From Eimeria praecox (Eukaryota), in NCBI GenBank assembly GCA_963920595.1, contig OY986946.1:5270001-5334000 (forward strand): DNA of 64,000 nt, given 5' to 3'. Positions 55,833 to 64,000 of the stretch are shown in pieces. The translations under genes and the position numbers were made by a program. The first letter of the stretch is position 1. Every line of letters starts with the position of its first letter. A model generated the notes under the pieces. It did no database searches. It was not told where the DNA came from and saw only the letters and a program-made list of their open reading frames with translations.

Positions 55833-56904
55833 TTTTGCTCAGGTTCACTGTGTGGCTGCAGCGGCTGTCCCTGGAAATACAGCTCACAGACACAGCAGCA
55901 GCAGAAGCAGTAGTAAACCCTTCATACAGCCCTGCTGCTGCTGCTGCTGCTGTTGCTGCTCCTGCTGCTGTTGCTGCTTCTTCTTCTGCTGCTGATGATG
56001 ATGCAGCTGGATGCGAGCAGACTGCAGCAGCAGCAGCAACTGCTGCTGCTGTGGCTGATCAGCTGCAGCCCTGCGATGGCTCTGGCAGTGGGGTTAACCT
56101 AACAGCAGCAGCAGCAGCAGCAGCACCAGCTGCAGCAGCAGCAGCAGCAGCAGCAGTGAATGCAGCAGCCGGCAGCGCAGCAGCATCACAGACACCCCAA
56201 GGCCTTGCTGTCTTCTCGCCTATGACTGCAGCAGCAGCAAAGACAGCAGCAGGAACAGCTGCAGCAGCAGCAAAGACAGCAGCAGAAACAGCTGCAGCAG
56301 CAGAGGCAGAGCAGCACGATGAGGAGACGATGTCTCGGGCCCTGACAAGCAAGCTGCAGCAGCAGGAGCAGCAGCAGCAACTGCAGCAGCAACAGCAGCA
56401 ACAACAGCAACAGCAGCAGCACCACGCGGAGCAGCAGCAGGAAGAACAACGAAAGCACATGCAGCAGCTGCAGCAGAAGAACGCAGAGCAGCAGACCCAG
56501 GTGCAGCAGGTGCAGCAGCAGCCGCAGCCACAGCAGCAACAGCAGCAGCAGCAGCAGCAGACAGAGCAGCAGCAAAAGGCTGCCGACGATCTCTATCTTC
56601 TTCGAACCCCACAGCCTCTTCGTCCCTTCTCTCCTTGTGCTGGCAGCAGCAGCAGCAACAGTAGCAACAGCAGCAGTAGCAACAGTAGCAGCAGCAACAG
56701 CAGTAGCCGCAGCACGAGCACCAGTAGCAGCAGCCGCAGCAACAGCAGCAGCAACAGCAGCAGCAGACAGAGCAGCAGCAGCGGCGTCAGTCTTGGGGCT
56801 GCGGCTCTTGAAGATACTCCTGCTCTTCTCTTTCAGAACAGCAAATGCAGCAGCAGCAGGAACAGCAGCAACAGCAGCAGCAACAGCAGCAGCAACAGCA
56901 GCAG

Positions 56905-56944
<40 letters not shown>

Positions 56945-57604
56945 TGTCTCTCTTCGCACCCTTCTCTGTCTCTGTCTACCCCTCGCCCTTTGCAGTGTAG
57001 CAGCAGCAACGCCACTACCAGCAACAGAAACGGCTGCAGCAGCAGCAGCAACAACAACCACGACAGCAGCAGCAGCAGCAGCAGCAACAGCGACGGCAAC
57101 AACAGCAACAGCAGCAGCAGATACTCACTAGATTGCTTGCTGCCACGGGAAACGAAGCCGGCGCTGCAGCACCCTCAGCAACTGCAGCAAAGCCTGCAGA
57201 TACAGCAGCAACAGCAGCAGCAGCAGCAGCAGCAGCAACAGCAACAGCAGCAGCAACGGCGCCTGCTGCTGCCTCAGCAGGTAAACATGGTTTCTGAGCA
57301 TACACCTGCACTCGAGCCTCTGCAGGCCCGAGCAGCTGATGCTGCTGCTGCTGCTGCTCCTGCTGCTGCTGCTGCTCCTGCTGCTGCTGCTGCTGCTGCT
57401 AGAGGCGAGTGCAGCTCCTTCCTTCTGCGGATTCCTTCGGATGCGCCTTCGTTTGCAGCAGCAGCAGCAGCAGCTGCTGCTGCTGCTGCTGCTCCTGCTA
57501 CTTCGTGCTGCCGTCCCCATACACCGCAGCAGAGGCCGAGACCCGCTGCAGCAGTCTCCCAGCTCCAAAGCAGCAGCAGCATGCAGCAGCAGGAAGAGCA
57601 GCTG

Positions 57605-57640
<36 letters not shown>

Positions 57641-57714
57641 ATACCAGCACACTTTCACGACTCAGAATCATGGGGGGAAATCGTAAAAACAAAAGAGAAT
57701 GCGGCACTTGCTGC

Positions 57715-57748
<34 letters not shown>

Positions 57749-57886
57749 GCTGCTGCTGCTCCAGCTTTTCCCCTCGTAAGAGCTGTCGATACACCTCAAG
57801 AGAGACAGAACTGCCTTAGCAATGAAGCAGTGGGAGATGCAGCTGACGCAGATCATGCTGCTGCTCCTGCTGCTGCTGCTCCTGGT

Positions 57887-57917
<31 letters not shown>

Positions 57918-58410
57918 CTGCGGCTGTCTCCTCTAGTGTCTCCGAGGCCACGCGTTGGTTTGCGGCGGGCTCAGAAGCCCTTCAGCAACAGCAGCAACAG
58001 CAGCAGCAGCAGCAGCAGCAGCAACTGCAGCAACTGCAGCAGCATCAACTGCAGGAACAGCCGCAGCATCAACTGCAACAGCAACAGCAGCAGCAGCAGC
58101 AGCAGCACCTGTCAGCGAGTCTGCAGGTCCAACAGCCCGCAAGCGTTATGCTCGGCAGCTGGCTGCAGCGCAGCCGCAGCAGCAGCTGCTGCTGCCCTCG
58201 CCAGCGCCATCGCAGCAGCAGCAGCAGCAGCAGCAGCCGCAACAGCAGCAAATGCAGCAGCAGAAGCAGCATCACCAACGTCTGCAGCAGGAGATGCAGC
58301 AAGAACGAGAAGAGAAGCAGCAAGAAGCCGTGGAGACAGAAGACAAACATACACCAGCAGCTGCTGCTGCCGGCAGCAGCAGCCGTGCAGCCCTTCAGCT
58401 TTGCAGGCCC

Positions 58411-58456
<46 letters not shown>

Positions 58457-59134
58457 CTGCTGCACCAGCAGGCGCAGCAGCAGCAAGCGCAGCAGCAACA
58501 AGAGCTGCAGCAGCAGCAGAGATTGATGATACAGCCGCAGGTTCAGCAAAGACAACAAATACAGCAGGTGCAGCAGCAACAGCAGCAACAGCAGCAGCAG
58601 CAGATGCTGCACCAGATGCAGCAGCAACAGCAGCAGCAGCAGCAGCAACCATATCAGGCTGAGCAGCGAAGGAAGCAGGCATGCGCTGCGCCCTGTGTTG
58701 CTGCTGCTGCCGCGGGTGCTTCGTGCTGCAGCAGCGGCTGCAGCAGCGGCTGCAGCACCGGCTGCAGCAACAGCAGCAACAGCTGCAGCAACAGCTGCAG
58801 CAACAGGTGCAGCAACAGCTGCAGCGAGGGAAGTATTAAGTGCTGCTGCAGCAGCAGAAAGCGAGCTGCTGGTAGCTACTCTCACGAGACTGTAGCTGAG
58901 GAGACGCCGCAGCTCAGCCTGTCTCTGCAGCAGCAGCTGCAGCAGCAGCAGCAGCAACAGGAGCTGCTGCTGCAGCTGCAGCAGCAGCAGCAGCAAGATA
59001 CGCAGCAGCAGCAAGATACGCAGCAGCTGCTGCCTGTGCAGCAGGCTGCTTTGCATGCACAAGAGCATTTCTATGGAGGCCCCTCAGCAATCTTCTCTCA
59101 CCCTCATTACCCCTGGCTGCCCCTCAATCCCCCA

Positions 59135-59171
<37 letters not shown>

Positions 59172-59565
59172 AGCAGCAGCAGCAGCAGCAACAGCTTTTG
59201 CTGCAGCAGCAGCAGCAGCAGCAACGGCAGCTTCTCCAGCAGCTGAGACACCCGACGCACTGTTTGGTATTTGGCGCTGAGACAAACGAAAACACGCCCG
59301 TTTCTTTTGCTGCTGCTGCTCCTGCTGCTGCTGCTGCTGCTGCTCCTCCTGCTGCTGCTGCTGCAGCAGCAGCAGCAGCAACAGCAGCAGGGGGGAAGCC
59401 TCTGTATCATGCAGAGGCGTGGAGCTGCTGCTGCAGCACAACAGCCAGCAGCGGCGCCAGAGGCAGAACCTCAACTCCTAGTAGTGCGAGCAACAAAGCA
59501 GCAAATATATCTTCTCCTCTGACTATCTGCTGCTCCCCTCATCTTGTATGGCCCTGCAGCAGCAG

Positions 59566-59601
<36 letters not shown>

Positions 59602-59604
59602 GAA

Positions 59605-59645
<41 letters not shown>

Positions 59646-60359
59646 GCAACAGCTGCAGCTGCGAACAAGGAAAGGCCACGTGGGTCTTTCAAAAGAGCAG
59701 CGCTCCCGCTTCAGCTTTGGTAGAGGGGCAGAGAGAGTCTGCTGCTGCTGCTGCTGCTGCTGCAGCAGCAGCAAACGTAGCAGCAGCAGCTGCTGCTGTA
59801 GCTGAGCTGCCGGTAGTGCAGCAGCTGCTGCAGCAGCTGCAAGCTGAGAGGCTGTCGTGCTGCGCTGCAGCAACAGACTTAGATGACGATTCCCTTCTTT
59901 GGTATGGAGAGACACAAGCAGCAACCCGCGGTGTTCTTGCTGCTGCTGCTGCTGCAGCAGCAGCAGCAGCAGCAGGAGCAACAACAACAGCAACAACAAC
60001 TACCGTGACTGCAGCAAAAGCAGCAACTCCTGCTGCAGCAGCAGCAGCAGCAGCTGCTGCTGCTGCAGCACTGCAAAATGTAGACACCGCCAGCCAGCAG
60101 CAGCAGAAACAGATATTCAGAGAATGGGCTGCTGCAGCAGAAGAGCTGCAGACAGCAGCAACACAGCAGCTTGCTGCGCTGCATGCACGCCGACAGCAGC
60201 AGCAGCAGCAGCAGCAGCAAAACCAGCAGCACCCTCAGCAGCAGCAGCAGCAGCAACAACAACGCACAGGCAGTGGAGACGAACAGGCTCAACAGCAGGC
60301 GTGGCATGCAGCAGCAGCAGCGGGCAGGTATGACTTCGCAGCAGCAACAGCAGCAACAA

Positions 60360-60400
<41 letters not shown>

Positions 60401-61063
60401 GCAGAGAATGTTGCTGTTGCAGCACAACTAGAAGAAAGATATTTAAATATCAGTACTTCTATTCAGGATCGGCTTGTTGCTGCAGCAAAATCTGTTTCTT
60501 CTTTGTTTCCTGCTGCTGAGGTGTACGTACACCTGACGCTGCTGCGGGAGCAGCTAACCCGTGAGTTTGCTGTGGGGCTTCGAATGACAGCAGCAGCAGC
60601 AGCAGCAGCAGGAGCAACAAAAGCAGCAGCAGCAACAAAAGCAGCAGAAACTTCTCTCACAGATTCAGCAACAGCAGCTACAGCGGCTGCTGCTGCTGCT
60701 GCTGCTGCAGCTGCTGCAGCAGCAGCAGCTGCAGCAGAGCGAGAGAACAGAAGTTGCTTGCTCCTCGTTGTTGGGGAGAAGCAGCATTTGCTGCAGCAGC
60801 TGCAGCAGCAGCAGCAGCTAGGAGCAGCGAAGCAGCAGCTGCTGCAGCAAAGCCCTGCCTTACAGCGTCTTGCTGCTATAGAGGAGACATTGTGGGGCGG
60901 ATGCTGCATCAGCAGAAGCAGCTGGTTGTTAGCTGTTGCTGCTGCTGTTGCTGCTGTTGATTGTCTTGCTGCTGAGATGCTGCAGGATATGTCTGATGCT
61001 GTTGGCCGCATGCGAGGAAACTGTGAGCTCATGCTGCAGCAGCAGCAGCTGCTGCAGCTACAG

Positions 61064-61137
<74 letters not shown>

Positions 61138-61204
61138 ACTAGAGCAAGAGCAGCAGCATTTACGACCGCGGAGAAATACTGCACCAGCAGCAGCAGCAGC
61201 AGCA

Positions 61205-61241
<37 letters not shown>

Positions 61242-61319
61242 CTATGGGCGACTCAGCAGCAGCAGATACTCAGCCTTTCTCACTCCTTCCTGCCATATCC
61301 TTGTGCCCCGTAGCATCAG

Positions 61320-61353
<34 letters not shown>

Positions 61354-61390
61354 ACAGCAGCAGCAGCAACAGCAGCAGCAGCAACAGCAG

Positions 61391-61425
<35 letters not shown>

Positions 61426-61713
61426 ACAGCAGCAGCTGCTGCATTGGCACGCTGCTTCCGAGTTCACAGCACCGCCAGCAACAGCAACAGCAGCAGCAGC
61501 AGCAGTAGCAGCAACACCAGCAGCAGGAGCTGCTGCTGCTGCACAGAAGCATTTGCTGCTGCAGGTACCGAGCAGCTGCAGCACACCATCCTGGGCAGGC
61601 AGCAGCAGCAGCTGTTGCTGCTGCTGCAGCAGCAGCAACAGAAGCAGCAGCCTCAGCAATAACAGCTCTACCGCCAGCAGTACTAATCGTTGCAAGAATC
61701 AAGCCAGCAGCAA

Positions 61714-61748
<35 letters not shown>

Positions 61749-61837
61749 GCAGCAATGGTTGCTTGCTGCCTCGGCGTAGGTGTACTAGCCCAACGGGCCG
61801 ATGGTGTGCAGCAGCCACACCTGCAGCAGCAGCAGCT

Positions 61838-61869
<32 letters not shown>

Positions 61870-62220
61870 TGCTGGAAATACTAGTTTCTGCTGCAGCAGC
61901 AGGAGACACTTCTCTATCGCCTCCTCCCCCATGTTGTCTCCTGCCTGGCAGCAGCAAGAGCAGCAACAGCAGCAGCACATGCAGCAGCAGATGCAGCAGC
62001 AGATGCAGCAGCAGCTGCAGCAGCAGCTGCAGCAGCAGCAGCAGCAGCCTCAAACCCACCAGCCACTCAAACACTTTGTCTGGCAGCAGCAGCCCGCCCA
62101 TGACTGCAGCGTGCTGGCTCAGCAGCAGCAGCAGCAGCTGCAGCAGCTGCAGCAACAGCAGCAGCAGCACAGTGTACTGCAGCACCAAGGGGGGCAGTCT
62201 CCCATCTTTGTGCATCTTCA

Positions 62221-62256
<36 letters not shown>

Positions 62257-62362
62257 GCGAGGTCCGCTGCTGCCGGTGCTGCAGCAGCAGCTGCAGCCAG
62301 ACTTACGCTCAGACTTTCTTGGATCTGAAGCCATAGCGTTTGCTGCCAGCAATATGAAGCAA

Positions 62363-62394
<32 letters not shown>

Positions 62395-62782
62395 ACACCA
62401 CCACGCACATTTACTGCTGCAGCCAGTCTTGTTGCCGCAGCAGCAGCTGCTGCAGCAGCAAATGCAGCAGCAACAACTACACCACCAGCAACTGCAGCAG
62501 CAACAACTGCAGCAGCAACAACTACAGCACCAGCAACTGCAGCAGCAACAACTGCAGCAGCAACAACTACAGCACCAGCAACTGCAGCAGCAACAACTGC
62601 AGCAGCAACAACTGCAGCAGCAACAACTGCGGCAGCAACAGCTGCAGCAGCAACAACTGCAGCAGCAACAACTGCAGCAGCAACAACTGCAGCAGCAGCA
62701 ACTGCAGCAGCAGCAACTGCAGCAGCAACAACTGCAGCAGCAACAACTGCAGCAGCAGCTGCTGATGCCGCAGCGCTATTAA
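49858..62782 (+). CDS. NIMA-related (NEK) Ser/Thr kinase with a very long low-complexity tail, 8 exons, ~3308 aa: 49858-49936, 50401-50528, 51831-53851, 53932-54206, 54478-54580, 54846-55121, 55399-55503, 55843-62782
   Basis: VGRGQFG, LAKQIDL...[87 protein letters not shown]. All downstream joins are GT-AG and in phase (9927 nt). The kinase call is firm; linkage of the distal exons is less certain. Confidence 0.85.
62461..62760 (+). repeat. 15-bp coding repeat (QQQQL)n at the NEK C-terminus
   Basis: cagcaacaactgcag-type units, about 20 copies. Confidence 0.85.
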
Positions 62783-63000
62783 CTTCTTCTTTCTAAAGTG
62801 TTGTTCGACGTATCTACTGCAGCACACACGAAATATTATCTGCTGCTGCAACAGCAGCAGCAGCAGCAGATAGCAGCAGATAGCAACAGAAGCAGCAGCA
62901 GCAGCTGTAAGCTGCAGCAGCAAACTAGCAAGGCATTCTAGAGACACTTAGAATAGAAATAGAGACAAGAGATGTAGATACACCTCAGCTGTTCTGAACT

Positions 63001-63032
<32 letters not shown>

Positions 63033-63048
63033 CGAGAATGCAGTGACA

Positions 63049-63084
<36 letters not shown>

Positions 63085-63312
63085 ACTTCACTGCATTTGC
63101 TGCTCCCTATTCGTATGCAGCAGCAGACAAACGCAAGCACCTGCTGCTGCAGCAGCAGCAGACAGACGCAAGCACCTGCTGCTGCTGCATCAGCAGATAA
63201 ACGCATGCACCTGCTGCTGCTGCAGCAGCAGATAAACGCATGCATCTGCTGCTGCTGCTGCAGCCAAACGTGCGGGCCGCCGCAAGTTAAAGAAGCCCCA
63301 AAGCACTCCCTT

Positions 63313-63346
<34 letters not shown>

Positions 63347-63490
63347 AAAAGAACTGCTGCTGCAACTGCCGCTGCAGAAGGCGCAACCTGCAGCAGCTGT
63401 TGCTGCAGCTGGTGTTGCTGCTGCTGTTGCAACGGCAGCAACAGCAGCAGCAGCAGCAGCTGGTGGTGGTGTAGCTGCAGCAGCAGCACT

Positions 63491-63956
63491 CTATCTCTTG
63501 CCCTGTCTCCGAGACAGCCTCCAAGCATTAGGTTCTTCGAATCTGTTGTACAGGGGTTCGATACGTTCACGCATCTTCCGCCTTGAGAGACGCTGCTGGT
63601 CTGCCTGCAGCAGCAGCAGCAGCAGCAGCAGGAGCAGCAACAGCAGCAGCAGCAGCAACAGCAGGTGCAAGTGTAGCAAGAGACGTAAACGAATTACAAG
63701 CAGCAACATCCACACCAGCTGCAGCAACTCCAGCACCATCAGCAGCAAGCATGCTGCAGCAGCAGCAGCAGCAAGCATGCAGCAGCAGCAGCAGCAGCAA
63801 GCAAGCAGCAGCAGCAGCAGCAGCAGCAGCGAGCGTACAGGTTTGAATAGCTTCGGGGCCACATCACAAAGCCAAAGGGGCTCGATAGTACAACAATCTC
63901 TCAAATACTCCTTCGTTGTTAACACCAACTCGTGATATACTAACCACTCAGGGTTG
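63491..63956 (-). CDS. PRP22: DEAH-box splicing helicase PRP22/DHX8, last two exons (63956-63839, 63604-63491); the rest lies beyond the window
   Basis: NPEWLVYHELVLTTKEYLRDCCTIEPLWLCDVAPKLFKP / ADQQRLSRRKMRERIEPLYNRFEEPNAWRLSRR. The ERIEPLYN..E.PNAWRLS tail is characteristic of Prp22/DHX8. Confidence 0.94.
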
Positions 63957-63965
63957 CTGCAGCAG

Positions 63966-64000
<35 letters not shown>

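Overview
Eukaryotic, intron-rich DNA with the repeat signature of an Eimeria (coccidian, Apicomplexa) genome: CAG/CTG tracts, interstitial AAACCCT/TTTAGGG tracts, TGCATGCA, (AGCT)n and GGGGCCCC motifs. The species cannot be fixed from sequence alone. Most ORF-track entries are repeat artefacts, so genes were rebuilt by hand from GT-AG splice sites and reading-frame phase. In order: the last three exons of RtcB (+); an ~11 kb repeat-poor block of decayed, nested Ty3/Gypsy (chromovirus-type) LTR retrotransposons; a two-exon Q/A-rich hypothetical gene (+); eIF3 subunit I (-, 9 exons); a Yip1-family gene (+, 7 exons); a small coiled-coil gene built from phase-0 microexons (-); a multi-Myb, SNAPC4-like gene (+); a single-exon, probably secreted Cys-rich protein (+); a very large NEK kinase with a degenerate EF-hand pair (+); and the 3' end of the PRP22/DHX8 helicase (-). 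The strongest observation is the Cys-rich protein at 42491-44272. Its 44 cysteines fall into two mirror-image arms of 22 Cys and 241 residues each, and both arms lack a Cys at the same mirrored position. This predicts one giant antiparallel hairpin held by a ladder of disulfides.
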